A DNA stretch of 64,000 nucleotides from Candidatus Micrarchaeia archaeon (GTDB lineage: Archaea > Micrarchaeota > Micrarchaeia > CABMEP01): assembly GCA_038881595.1 (NCBI GenBank), contig JAVZPM010000001.1, positions 128,001 through 192,000 of the forward strand. The letters are read 5' to 3'. Position 1 is the stretch's first letter, and every line of letters starts with the position of its first letter. Of the stretch, positions 27,596-37,100 are shown piece by piece. The position numbers and the translations under genes were made by a program. Under the pieces are notes generated by a model. It was not told the DNA's origin, searched no databases, and was given only the letters and a program-made list of their open reading frames with translations.

Positions 27596-30244
27596 CTAAG
27601 ATACTTTTAATTGCTGTTGAATATTTTTACTCTTCAAGTATTTTGCTAATTCAATATATAGGAATCCAACTAAAGACAATGATATTATCGCAACTAATTC
27701 TAATATTGTAAGTGATTTTGTACCAAATAATATCTGCATAGGTTCAAAATATAAAATTAACATTTGAAGAATAAGCGCTGCTAGTGCAGCCACTAATAAA
27801 TATCTATTTTTAAGAATCTCTTTTCCTACTGGTTTTTCTAGAGACCTACAAGCAAAAGATTGAAACAACTCGAAAAATACAACTAATGTGAATACTACAG
27901 TCTGTGCTCTTATAAGATCATTTGATGATTCTAGAATATAAATAAATGATGCAAGTGAAAAGAATGTTAATATAATAGGATAGTGAATCAGATATATTTC
28001 CAAACCACTAGTTATATCCTCTTTTGGTGATCTTGGTTTTCTATTCATGACCTCTTTAGAAATTGGATCAACAGAAAGAGCCAATGCTGGCAGACCATCT
28101 GTTACCAAATTTATCCATAATATCTGTATTGCAACCAAAGGTAGAGGAAGGCCCATAAGTATTGCTAAAAAGATTATAAAAACTTCGGCTATATTCCCTG
28201 AAAGTAGAAATGCAATTGTCTTTCTTATATTTTCGTAAATTCCTCTTCCTTGTTCTACAGCGTTAACAATAGTTGCAAAGTTGTCATCTGAAATAACAAG
28301 ATCAGCAACCTCTCTGGTTACATCAGTTCCAGTCTGTCCCATTGCTACTCCAACATCTGCAGCCTTCAAAGCTGGAGCGTCATTTATTCCATCTCCAGTC
28401 ATTGCCACTATTTCTCCGTTTTCTTTGAGTATCTTCGTTATCCTAACCTTATGCTCTGGAGATGCCCTTGCAAATATTTTTATTTTAGATATCAACCTCT
28501 TCAATTCTGTATCGCTTATATTATCTAACTCTGTACCAGTGATTGCAATCCCCTTATCCATAATACCTAATTCTTTCCCTATCGCAATTGCAGTCTCCTT
28601 ATGATCGCCTGTTATCATTATTACATCTATTCCTGCTTTCTTACAGGTTGCTATTGCATGTTTAACTTCAGGCCTCGGTGGGTCTATCATAGCTTGAATG
28701 CCAAGGAAAACGAGATTGTCTTCTACTATTTTGTTAGAAGATGTAATCTTCATTGCAAATGCCAAAACTCTGAAGCTTGATGATGCATATTCTCTTTCCT
28801 TATTTAATATCATCTTCTTATGCTGATTTGTCAACTTTACTATTTTTCCTTCTTTCATTATATATGTGCATCTTTCAAGCACCTTTTCAGTCGCGCCTTT
28901 TGTCCATATTACGTTCTTTGACTTATCATACTTATAGAGTACAGACATCATTTTTCTTTCTGAGTCGAATTGGATCTCATCCAGCCTGTTTTTTTCTGAT
29001 CTGTCATCTTCTAATCCTGCTTTATGTGCAGATAAAAGTAATGCGATTTCAGTTGGATCCCCTACTGGCTCACCGTTTATAAATGCATTATTGCAGTAAA
29101 GACCTGATTTTAAAGTTAGTTTTAATTCTTCTGGAAGCTTATCTATCTCTTTGCCTTTGAACAAGATCTTTCCTTCTTTCTTGTATCCCTCACCTGTAAC
29201 ACTATACTCTTTACCAATATTCCATATTCTCTTTACTGTCATTTCATTTACAGTTAAAGTACCTGTCTTATCCGTACATATAACTGTAACACTTCCCAAT
29301 CCCTCAACTGCAGTTAGTTTTCTTACAATTGCCTTATGTTTGGCCATTGTAGCCACTCCTAGAGACAATGCTATTGTTATAGATGCAAGTAATCCCTCAG
29401 GAACCGCCGCAACAGCTAGAGAAATAGCAGTTATTGCAATCGTTATAAATTCGATTCCATTTATTAAACCTAAAATAAAAACTGTGAAACAAATAAAAAG
29501 AAAAACCTTGCCTATAAACTTTCCAAATTCATCAAGTTTTCTTTGTAGCGGAGTTGTTTCTTCTCCTTGTTGTATAGAAAGTGCTATCTTTCCAAACTCA
29601 GTATTCATTCCTGTTGAAACAACAACCGCTTCACATCTTCCATATACTACAGATGTACCCATGAATAACATATTGGATTGATTTTGAATTGGTTGCGGAG
29701 ATTTCATTTGTTCTGAAGATTTGGGAACTGGAATAGATTCACCAGTAAGAACTGATTCGTCTACTTTCAGATTTATTTGGCTTATTATTCTACAATCAGC
29801 AGGTACTTTATCTCCCGTATCTAAAATTACGATATCTCCAGGAACAAGCTCCCTTGAAGATATGCTTTTTACCTCTTTATCTCTTAGTACCTTAACAACA
29901 GGCACTGTAAGCTTTTTTAAGGCTGTTATCGCTTCCTCTGCTTTCTTTGTTTGAATAAAGCCTAAAAATGCGTTAAGGAAAATTATTAGTAATATTAGTA
30001 TTCCATCTATATATTCTCCGAATGCAAAGGAGAGTATCACTGCTACTATAAGAATTATAATAAGGAAGCTTTTAAATTGGTCTATAAAAATTTCAATGTC
30101 TGTTTTTTTCCTTTTTTCTTGTATTTCATTATATCCATATTTTGAGAGTCTTGCCTTTGCTTCAGAAGAAGTTAGTCCTTCTCTAGATGTATTCAAAATA
30201 TCTAGTGTTTGATTAACTGAAAGTAGATGAAATGCTTCAGGCAT
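27596..30244 (-). CDS. P-type cation-transporting ATPase (type IIA, Ca2+-like)
   Basis: TGES, PEGL, DKTGTLT, KGATE, TGD, GDGIND and NLVTDG. Confidence 0.95.
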   Translation of the reverse strand: MPEAFHLLSVNQTLDILNTSREGLTSSEAKARLSKYGYNEIQEKRKKTDIEIFIDQFKSFLIIILIVAVILSFAFGEYIDGILILLIIFLNAFLGFIQTKKAEEAITALKKLTVPVVKVLRDKEVKSISSRELVPGDIVILDTGDKVPADCRIISQINLKVDESVLTGESIPVPKSSEQMKSPQPIQNQSNMLFMGTSVVYGRCEAVVVSTGMNTEFGKIALSIQQGEETTPLQRKLDEFGKFIGKVFLFICFTVFILGLINGIEFITIAITAISLAVAAVPEGLLASITIALSLGVATMAKHKAIVRKLTAVEGLGSVTVICTDKTGTLTVNEMTVKRIWNIGKEYSVTGEGYKKEGKILFKGKEIDKLPEELKLTLKSGLYCNNAFINGEPVGDPTEIALLLSAHKAGLEDDRSEKNRLDEIQFDSERKMMSVLYKYDKSKNVIWTKGATEKVLERCTYIMKEGKIVKLTNQHKKMILNKEREYASSSFRVLAFAMKITSSNKIVEDNLVFLGIQAMIDPPRPEVKHAIATCKKAGIDVIMITGDHKETAIAIGKELGIMDKGIAITGTELDNISDTELKRLISKIKIFARASPEHKVRITKILKENGEIVAMTGDGINDAPALKAADVGVAMGQTGTDVTREVADLVISDDNFATIVNAVEQGRGIYENIRKTIAFLLSGNIAEVFIIFLAILMGLPLPLVAIQILWINLVTDGLPALALSVDPISKEVMNRKPRSPKEDITSGLEIYLIHYPIILTFFSLASFIYILESSNDLIRAQTVVFTLVVFFELFQSFACRSLEKPVGKEILKNRYLLVAALAALILQMLILYFEPMQILFGTKSLTILELVAIISLSLVGFLYIELAKYLKSKNIQQQLKVS

Positions 30245-30367
30245 AAAAATAATTATTTAGCAATCTATAAAAAAGGATACTTTTAAGATAAAAATCGAGT
30301 AAAAAAGATTTAAAAATAGTACAAGATAAAAAAAATCTTTATAAATGTAATTAGACATATTTTATAG

Positions 30368-30871
30368 ATGAGCGACACTATTACTCAACAAATACAGGAA
30401 CTTGAAGCAGAAAAAAAATCGAAGCTTGAAAATGTTAAAAAGCTTAGTGAGGAGATCAGAACCCTAGCTAACGAAATAGAAAAAATCAGAAAAACAAGTG
30501 GTTTGGGTTCTGCGGATGAAGAAAAAAGAATAATCAAGCAGATAAACCAGCTAGACTTTAAGATCTCAACAGCTAAAAACATGCCGCTAAAAGTTGAGAA
30601 GGAAATAGCTAAGAAAATACATAACTTAGAGTCACGTTTGAAGAAGATAAGAGAACTCAAACAGAAAATGGGAATTCTGAAAGAAATGGAAGGCAAGATC
30701 TCTCAACTAAAAAATGAAAGAGAAAAAATTAAAAAAGAAATAGACAGCATAAACGAAGAAATAGATGCGCTTAAAGAAGAAAAAAGGATGGCATCAAGAA
30801 AGAAAATAAGAGAAGCGGCCATTGAACAATTCTCTTTAGGAGATATTGCAGCTATAAAAAGAAAGAAATAA
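30368..30871 (+). CDS. Archaeal coiled-coil protein of unknown function
   Basis: Continuous Lys/Glu heptads, with LDFKIST..LKVEKEIAKKI resembling the archaeal COG1340-type coiled-coil family. Confidence 0.65.
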   Translation: MSDTITQQIQELEAEKKSKLENVKKLSEEIRTLANEIEKIRKTSGLGSADEEKRIIKQINQLDFKISTAKNMPLKVEKEIAKKIHNLESRLKKIRELKQKMGILKEMEGKISQLKNEREKIKKEIDSINEEIDALKEEKRMASRKKIREAAIEQFSLGDIAAIKRKK

Positions 30872-30919
30872 CAGCTCAATTCTTAATTTTCTTCTTCCTT
30901 TCTTAATTTAGGTAGTGAT

Positions 30920-33289
30920 ATGAGTAAAATAAGAGCGATTCTTATTGATGTTGATGTTGTAACTAAAAATAACAGAAGCATAATAAGATTAATTCTAAAA
31001 AGAAAAAAAATGTTTAGACTCTATGATAAAGATTTCTATCCCTATTTTTACATAGAAACTGAACAAGAGATTAAAAGAGGGATTTATAATGGAATAGAAA
31101 TAATAGATGTTAAAGAGGTAAAAAAACGAATAGGAAGAGAGGAAAGAACATTAAAGAAAATAATTTGTAATGATCCTAAAGAAATACCAGTTCTTGCCAA
31201 AATGTTTGGTGAAATAGGAAAAGTCTATGAAAAAGATATCAAATTTAATAAAAGATACTTAATTGATAAAGATCTAAAACCTATGAATACAGTGGAAATA
31301 GAATATGAAGGTAAATATGTAAAAAGTATAAAAGATATTGGAAACATAATTGATGTCAATTCATTGAAGACTCTAACTTTTGATATAGAAGTATATAATC
31401 CACATGGAATACCTAGAGAAGATGAAGATCCAGCCATAATCATAAGCTATGCCAATGATGAAACAGCTGGAGCAATCACTTGGAAAAATGGAAAAACTGA
31501 AAACGTTTCTATTGTGAAAGATGAAAAGGAGATGATTGAAAAATTCTGTGATTTAATTGAAGAGAAAGACATTGATATTCTTGCGGGATATAATTCCTCT
31601 GTTTTTGACATCCCTTATCTTCAAGCTAGAGCTAAAGAACTTGGTACAAAATTGGGTTTAGGTAGAGGAAGAAGTGAACCAAAGATAAAAAGAATTGGAA
31701 TGACAACACATACTAAACTTGAAGGTAGAGTACATTCTGATGTTTATTATCTAGTAAGAATTCTTGCTGCTGCTCAGGCTATCAAGCTTGAGCGACATAC
31801 TCTTGAAGAGGTTTACAAAGAGTTAGTTGGCGGAGAAGATTGGAAAGTTGATATGTTTTCTATATATAAAATGTGGGATGATGAAAATAAAAGAAAAGAA
31901 TTATTAGAATATGCTATAAAAGATGCAAAGGCGGCATATGAGATTTTCAAGAAACTTTATCCATTAGAAGTGGAGTTGGCTAGACTTACTAAGATAACCC
32001 TTCCCAACATAAGCGGTTCTACAACAGGACAGATGGTCGAATCCTTACTTATGGATGAAAGTTATAAAAGAGGATATCTTATACCTCAAAAGCCAAGCTG
32101 GGCTCAAGATTTTTCAAAGCCAATACAAGGAGCTTATGTAAAGCTTCCATCTCCTGGAATATATGAAAGAATTGCTGTGTTTGATTTCAGAAGTTTGTAT
32201 CCTTCTATAATAACCTCTCACAATATTGATCCTTATACTATTAACTGTGGTCATGAAGAATGCAAGAATGGGAGAAATAAGGCTCCAAATGGATTTTACT
32301 TCTGCGAAAAGGAAAAAGGTTTGGTTCCTTCTGCCATACTTCATCTTTTAGAACTTAGAAAGAAAATAAAGAAAGAACTTAAGGAGGCACAAAAATCTGG
32401 AAATGAAAAGGAGGTTAGTACACTCAATGCTAGAGTGGCTGCTCTAAAGATTGTATTGAATACTGTATATGGAATGCTTAATTATCCAAAATCAAGATGG
32501 TATTCAAGAGAATGTGCAGAATCAATAACTGCATTCGGAAGGAATTACATTCAAGAGGTAGGAAGAAGAGCTGAAGAAAAAGGATTTAAGGTTCTTTACA
32601 GTGACACAGACAGCATATTCCTTCTCCTTGGAAATAAGACAGAAGAAGATGCCATCAATTTTATGGAAGAAATAAATAAGATGCTTCCTGAAACCATGGA
32701 GTTAGAATTAGAAAATATCTATAAAAGAGGAGTTTTTGTATCTAAGAAGCAAGAGAAAGAAACAGGGGCAAAAAAGAAATATGCATTAGTTACAGAGGAT
32801 GGCAAAATCAAGATAAGGGGATTTGAGCTTGTAAGGAGAGATTGGTCTAAGATAGCAAGAGAAACGCAGAGAAAGGTTTTGGAGGCAATACTGATAGATG
32901 GCAGTAAGGAAAAGGCCCTTTCCATAGTGAAGGAAGTTGTTGAAAAACTAAACAAAGGCAACGTGTCAAAAGATGATTTGATTATTTATACACAACTTAG
33001 GAAAGAAGAATATGAAGTTCTTTCCCCAGAAATTTCAGCTGTTGAAAAGGCAAGAAAGAGAGGAATTGAAATAAAGCCAGGATCTATTATAGGATATATA
33101 ATAACTAAAAAGGGAAATAGTATATCTGAAAAGGCGGAAATAGCTGAATTTGCTAACGATTATGATGCTGAATATTATATTCATAATCAAGTGCTTCCTG
33201 CTGTGATGAAAATAATTGGTGAGTTAGGTTACAGTGAGGAGGATATAATATTTGAAGGGAAACAATCTTCTCTTTCAGATTGGATGTGA
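30920..33289 (+). CDS. polB: Family B DNA polymerase (PolB3-like), no intein
   Basis: ExoI FDIE, ExoII YNSSVFD, DFRSLYPS, KIVLNTVYG, YSDTDS, KKKY and RGFELVRRDWS. Confidence 0.97.
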   Translation: MSKIRAILIDVDVVTKNNRSIIRLILKRKKMFRLYDKDFYPYFYIETEQEIKRGIYNGIEIIDVKEVKKRIGREERTLKKIICNDPKEIPVLAKMFGEIGKVYEKDIKFNKRYLIDKDLKPMNTVEIEYEGKYVKSIKDIGNIIDVNSLKTLTFDIEVYNPHGIPREDEDPAIIISYANDETAGAITWKNGKTENVSIVKDEKEMIEKFCDLIEEKDIDILAGYNSSVFDIPYLQARAKELGTKLGLGRGRSEPKIKRIGMTTHTKLEGRVHSDVYYLVRILAAAQAIKLERHTLEEVYKELVGGEDWKVDMFSIYKMWDDENKRKELLEYAIKDAKAAYEIFKKLYPLEVELARLTKITLPNISGSTTGQMVESLLMDESYKRGYLIPQKPSWAQDFSKPIQGAYVKLPSPGIYERIAVFDFRSLYPSIITSHNIDPYTINCGHEECKNGRNKAPNGFYFCEKEKGLVPSAILHLLELRKKIKKELKEAQKSGNEKEVSTLNARVAALKIVLNTVYGMLNYPKSRWYSRECAESITAFGRNYIQEVGRRAEEKGFKVLYSDTDSIFLLLGNKTEEDAINFMEEINKMLPETMELELENIYKRGVFVSKKQEKETGAKKKYALVTEDGKIKIRGFELVRRDWSKIARETQRKVLEAILIDGSKEKALSIVKEVVEKLNKGNVSKDDLIIYTQLRKEEYEVLSPEISAVEKARKRGIEIKPGSIIGYIITKKGNSISEKAEIAEFANDYDAEYYIHNQVLPAVMKIIGELGYSEEDIIFEGKQSSLSDWM

Positions 33290-33305
33290 TTAAAAAGGTG
33301 AATAA

Positions 33306-34211
33306 ATGGATGAATTTTATGAAGAATATAGTGAGGAAGATAAGATAAAAAATACTATCGAGGCTGGAAAGATTGCAGAAAAAATAAGAGATTCTATTAA
33401 AATAAAAGAAGGGGATTCGATACTGAAGCTATGCGATTCACTTGAAAAGAAAATGGAGGAGATGGGTGGAGGATATGCTTTTCCAGTAAACATCTCAATA
33501 AACGAAATAACAGCGCATGATACTGCATCTGTGAATGATGATAGAGTATTTACAAAGGATGATTTAGTAAAGATAGATATAGGTGTTCAGAAAGAAGGCT
33601 TCATTGCAGATGGCTCAATCACAATAGACCTAAGTGGAGAACATGGAAAGATGATTGATGCAACAAAAGAAGCGTTGGAAAACGCAGTATCAAAAATAAA
33701 GGCTGGAATATCCACATCGGAAATAGGAAAAGAAATTGAAAACACTTTGAAGAAAAAAGGATTTAAACCTATAGATAATTTGACTGGCCATGGCCTTGAT
33801 AGATATATAATTCATTGTGATCCGATAATACCAAATTTCGAAACAAAGAAAGGAGCAATATTAAATGAAGGGGACATCGTCGCAATAGAGCCTTTCGTAA
33901 CCTATAGTAATGCAGCAGGGCATGTAAGTGAAATGGACAGGTGTGAAATATTCAGCGCGCATAGTTTCGAGGCTACTAGAAATCGTGAAGCTAGAAAAAT
34001 GATGGAAAAGATTGTAAGGGAGAGAAAAACAATGCCATTTGCTGAAAGACACTATGTAAAAACACAGGTTGAAAAAATTGCGTTAATGGAGCTTGTTAGA
34101 AATGGTTCTTTAATGGCCTATCCAGTTCTAAGGGAAGTAAGCAAAAGTAAGGTCGCTCAGTTTGAGCATACAGTTGTGGTAGGAAAGGATTCTGCAGATA
34201 TTGTATTCTAA
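33306..34211 (+). CDS. map: Type II methionine aminopeptidase
   Basis: AFPVNISINEITAH, KIDIGV, IAD, NLTGH, AIEPF and QFEHTV. Confidence 0.95.
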   Translation: MDEFYEEYSEEDKIKNTIEAGKIAEKIRDSIKIKEGDSILKLCDSLEKKMEEMGGGYAFPVNISINEITAHDTASVNDDRVFTKDDLVKIDIGVQKEGFIADGSITIDLSGEHGKMIDATKEALENAVSKIKAGISTSEIGKEIENTLKKKGFKPIDNLTGHGLDRYIIHCDPIIPNFETKKGAILNEGDIVAIEPFVTYSNAAGHVSEMDRCEIFSAHSFEATRNREARKMMEKIVRERKTMPFAERHYVKTQVEKIALMELVRNGSLMAYPVLREVSKSKVAQFEHTVVVGKDSADIVF

Positions 34212-34298
34212 CTTCTTAAACTGTCTTAAACCGCAATTGTTTGGATTGATTCTACGTAAACATCAAAGGTTTAAAAAACCAACCAGCAATATATAGAT

Positions 34299-35021
34299 AT
34301 GGCAAAAATTGTAGAGGTTGCTCCAATTAAACTAAAAAATCCAATATTGATAGAAGGGTTCCCAGGAGTTGGGATGATCGGAACAATTGCAGCAATGCAT
34401 TTGGTTAAGGAATGGGATATGGAATTAGTTGGATACCTAGATTCTGAAGCTTTCCCACCTTTATGTACTATTCATAATGAAGAACCATTACCTGCTGCAA
34501 GGATATACCAATCTAAAAAGTACAATGCTCTTGTTTTATTTTCAGAGTTTGTGATACCAATCTCAGCAGTAAGCTCAGTTGCAAATGAAATTGTCTTGTG
34601 GGGAGAGGATAAGAAACTCAGTGCAATTATATCATTGGGTGGCGTTGGAATAGATGCTTCAAAGGATGAAGTATTTGGAATCGCATCTACAGAAGGTCTG
34701 AAAAATGATCTGAGAGACGCTGGTGTGACTATAGTAAAAGAAGGAGTAACAACTGGTGTGACTGGTTTGATATTAGCGAATGCATATGTGAGAAAATTCC
34801 CTGCCGCCGCAATCCTTACATCTAATAGAGGTATGAACATCAATTTAATAGGTGCAGCTAAAGTACTCGATAAACTAAGTGAATTACTACATATAAAAAT
34901 AGATACAGAAAAGCTAAAGAAAGAAGGAGAAGAAATAGAAGAAAAACTAAAGAAATTGATAAAAGACAGCAAAGAAGCAAAGAAAACATACGAACAGATA
35001 CAGTCTCCAATGTATAGATAG
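34299..35021 (+). CDS. PAC2-family proteasome assembly chaperone
   Basis: IEGFPGVGMIGTIAA, ISLGG and GVTGLIL motifs with a C-terminal HbYX-like MYR. Confidence 0.88.
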   Translation: MAKIVEVAPIKLKNPILIEGFPGVGMIGTIAAMHLVKEWDMELVGYLDSEAFPPLCTIHNEEPLPAARIYQSKKYNALVLFSEFVIPISAVSSVANEIVLWGEDKKLSAIISLGGVGIDASKDEVFGIASTEGLKNDLRDAGVTIVKEGVTTGVTGLILANAYVRKFPAAAILTSNRGMNINLIGAAKVLDKLSELLHIKIDTEKLKKEGEEIEEKLKKLIKDSKEAKKTYEQIQSPMYR

Positions 35022-35094
35022 AATTTTTATTTTCCTGATTGAGATAGTTATAACATAAAGATTAGGACCTACGCACAATGATTACTACAAATAT

Positions 35095-35181
35095 GCAGGG
35101 GTGCCCGAGCTTGGTCTAAAGGGTAGGGCTTAGGACCCTATGCGCGTAGGCGCTTCGTGGGTTCAAATCCCACCCCCTGCA
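35095..35181 (+). tRNA. tRNA-Leu(TAG)
   Basis: Acceptor GCAGGGG/CCCCTGC-A; anticodon arm TAGGG-CTTAGGA-CCCTA; long variable arm; GTGGG-TTCAAAT-CCCAC. Confidence 0.95.
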
Positions 35182-35182
35182 T

Positions 35183-36322
35183 TTACTCTCTCTTCATTTT
35201 ATTCTCAATTCTTTGCAAGGCAATCTTCATCGCTGCATCTCTAGGCTTTATCCCTTCTTTTCTGGATAAAACCAATACTTTCTTTACATTGGATGTTATT
35301 TTTTTCTCTACTATTTTGAACATTTCATCTGGTGTTTTTCCTTTGTATTCTGCATAGGAAGAGATCACGCCTCCTGCATTTGCAACAAAATCTGGAATAA
35401 CTAATATTCCCTTTTTATGTAATATCTCTTCGTATTCTGGTCTGGTAGGGATATTAGAGCCTTCAACTATTATTTTAGCACGGATCTTATCAACATTGTC
35501 CTTGTTTATTACATCAGGTACTGCTGCTGTGATTAATACATCTACATCCAATTCAAAAAGATCAGAAGTCTTAAGTATTTTGCCAGGTTTATAATTAATA
35601 ACACTTCCTGTCACCTTCTTTACTCTTTCTAGTTCCTGAAAATTTATTCCGTCTGGATTATAAAGCGTTCCTTTACTATCACTTATTGCAACGAGCTTTG
35701 CTCCTTTTTCTATCATGTGTTTTGCTGCAAAATATCCAACATTTCCAAATCCCTCAACTGCAAATGATGTTTCTTTTACATTCATTCTCTTGAATTCTAA
35801 TCCTACTAAAGTAGCTTGACAAACTCCAAAGCCGGTTGAGCCATATTCATGTGGAATCCCGCATTTCTTACCGTTCTTTCCAAAACACATATCTTTTGGC
35901 TTTCCAGTTGCTGCTTTCCATGAACCATTTGCCTCCACAAACCATCTCATCTCTTCCTCTCCTGTATTGATGTCTGGCCCTGCAACGTATTCTTTTGGAC
36001 ATATGGATTTTATTGCCTTTGAAAAGGCGGTTATGTACTCCTTCTTTCTTTTTGGATCTTTGATTACTTCTGGGGGAGCTAATATACCGGCTTTTGCTCC
36101 TCCGAAAGGAAGTCCTGCTAAGGAATTTTTTAAGGTCATAGCTCTTGCAAGCCTGGCAACTTCTTCAATTGTAACTGTTGGAGTCATTCTAATTCCTCCC
36201 TTTCCAATACCTAGTACTGTATTGTCTATTACAACCCAACCTTTCATTCCTGTTTTCTTATCTGAAACAATAAGTATTTTTTCTGGACCTAAATTGTCAA
36301 AATCTATATTTCCAAGATTCAT
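35183..36322 (-). CDS. gdhA: Glu/Leu/Phe/Val dehydrogenase, probably glutamate dehydrogenase
   Basis: KGGIR, MTLK, GGAKAG, TGKP, GFGNVG, EGSN and PDFVANAGGV. Confidence 0.88.
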   Translation of the reverse strand: MNLGNIDFDNLGPEKILIVSDKKTGMKGWVVIDNTVLGIGKGGIRMTPTVTIEEVARLARAMTLKNSLAGLPFGGAKAGILAPPEVIKDPKRKKEYITAFSKAIKSICPKEYVAGPDINTGEEEMRWFVEANGSWKAATGKPKDMCFGKNGKKCGIPHEYGSTGFGVCQATLVGLEFKRMNVKETSFAVEGFGNVGYFAAKHMIEKGAKLVAISDSKGTLYNPDGINFQELERVKKVTGSVINYKPGKILKTSDLFELDVDVLITAAVPDVINKDNVDKIRAKIIVEGSNIPTRPEYEEILHKKGILVIPDFVANAGGVISSYAEYKGKTPDEMFKIVEKKITSNVKKVLVLSRKEGIKPRDAAMKIALQRIENKMKRE

Positions 36323-36934
36323 TTATTCACCTTTGACAATTGAATTCTGTTTTCTACAAAAAGTTAAATAAGCAGTATGTGTGATTCCCGTATTCTGCGG
36401 TCTCGTACCTTTTTCTCTTGAAATTATCTCTCTTACTATTACTTCTATCGTAAATGTAATGAAATTGTTTTTTGTAGCTGTAGATACGAATTTAGAAACT
36501 TGTTCTGTGTGAGGAAGATAAGCAACTATATATCCATTCTCACTTAGCTTAAAATTAGAATTGAAAATATTTTCTGGATTAGGTAGATCTAGATTAATTA
36601 CATTTATTTCTTCATCTATTTTCGAGATTTCTTCAAACACAGAACCAAATTTGTGTACAATATTAGTAAGACCTGAACGTTTTATGTTTTTTTCTGAAAA
36701 TTCATAGAACTCTTTTTTATTTTCATAAGAGTAAACCTTTTTGGCTATGGAAGCAAAGAATACAGTGGCGAATCCGCTTCCGGTACCTGCATCAACAACT
36801 ATACTTTCTTTATTCATTCCTGTGAATGCGACTATTGCACCTAAATCTTTTGGAAGTATTATTTGTGGTCCTCTTTTTAATTTTTGGAGTTGTGGTGGAA
36901 ACCTAAAATCATATTCTTTCTTGCGCCTTGCCAT
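36323..36934 (-). CDS. trmI: tRNA (adenine-57/58-N1) methyltransferase
   Basis: KRGPQIILPKD, DAGTGSG, LDLPNP and TRP..ITHTAYL. Likely start is the ATG at 36934. Confidence 0.92.
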   Translation of the reverse strand: MARRKKEYDFRFPPQLQKLKRGPQIILPKDLGAIVAFTGMNKESIVVDAGTGSGFATVFFASIAKKVYSYENKKEFYEFSEKNIKRSGLTNIVHKFGSVFEEISKIDEEINVINLDLPNPENIFNSNFKLSENGYIVAYLPHTEQVSKFVSTATKNNFITFTIEVIVREIISREKGTRPQNTGITHTAYLTFCRKQNSIVKGE

Positions 36935-37007
36935 AAAATAAATATAATGATAATATTTTAATCCCTTTACTGCTATAATAATAAACAATCATAATAATAA
37001 ATAATCT

Positions 37008-37079
37008 GCCTCAGTAGCTCAGGGGTAGAGCGCTACCTTGGTAAGGTAGAGGTCGCGAGTTCGATTCTCGCCTGAGGCT
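37008..37079 (+). tRNA. tRNA-Thr(GGT)
   Basis: Acceptor GCCTCAG/CTGAGGC; anticodon arm CTACC-TTGGTAA-GGTAG; GCGAG-TTCGATT-CTCGC. Confidence 0.95.
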
Positions 37080-37100
37080 CTACTGATTTCTGATTTTGAT

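Noticed and set aside
30920..33289. Intein or inactivated polymerase in PolB
   Set aside because: The length is normal and the exonuclease and polymerase motifs are contiguous and intact.
35062..35076. TTAGGACCTACGCAC just upstream of tRNA-Leu, resembling its anticodon region
   Set aside because: Short, gapped match that does not correspond to the 3' end used by integrases. No split-tRNA or att evidence.
35157..35357. 66-aa ORF beginning MGSNPTPC
   Set aside because: It is a translation of the tRNA-Leu T-arm running antisense into gdhA.
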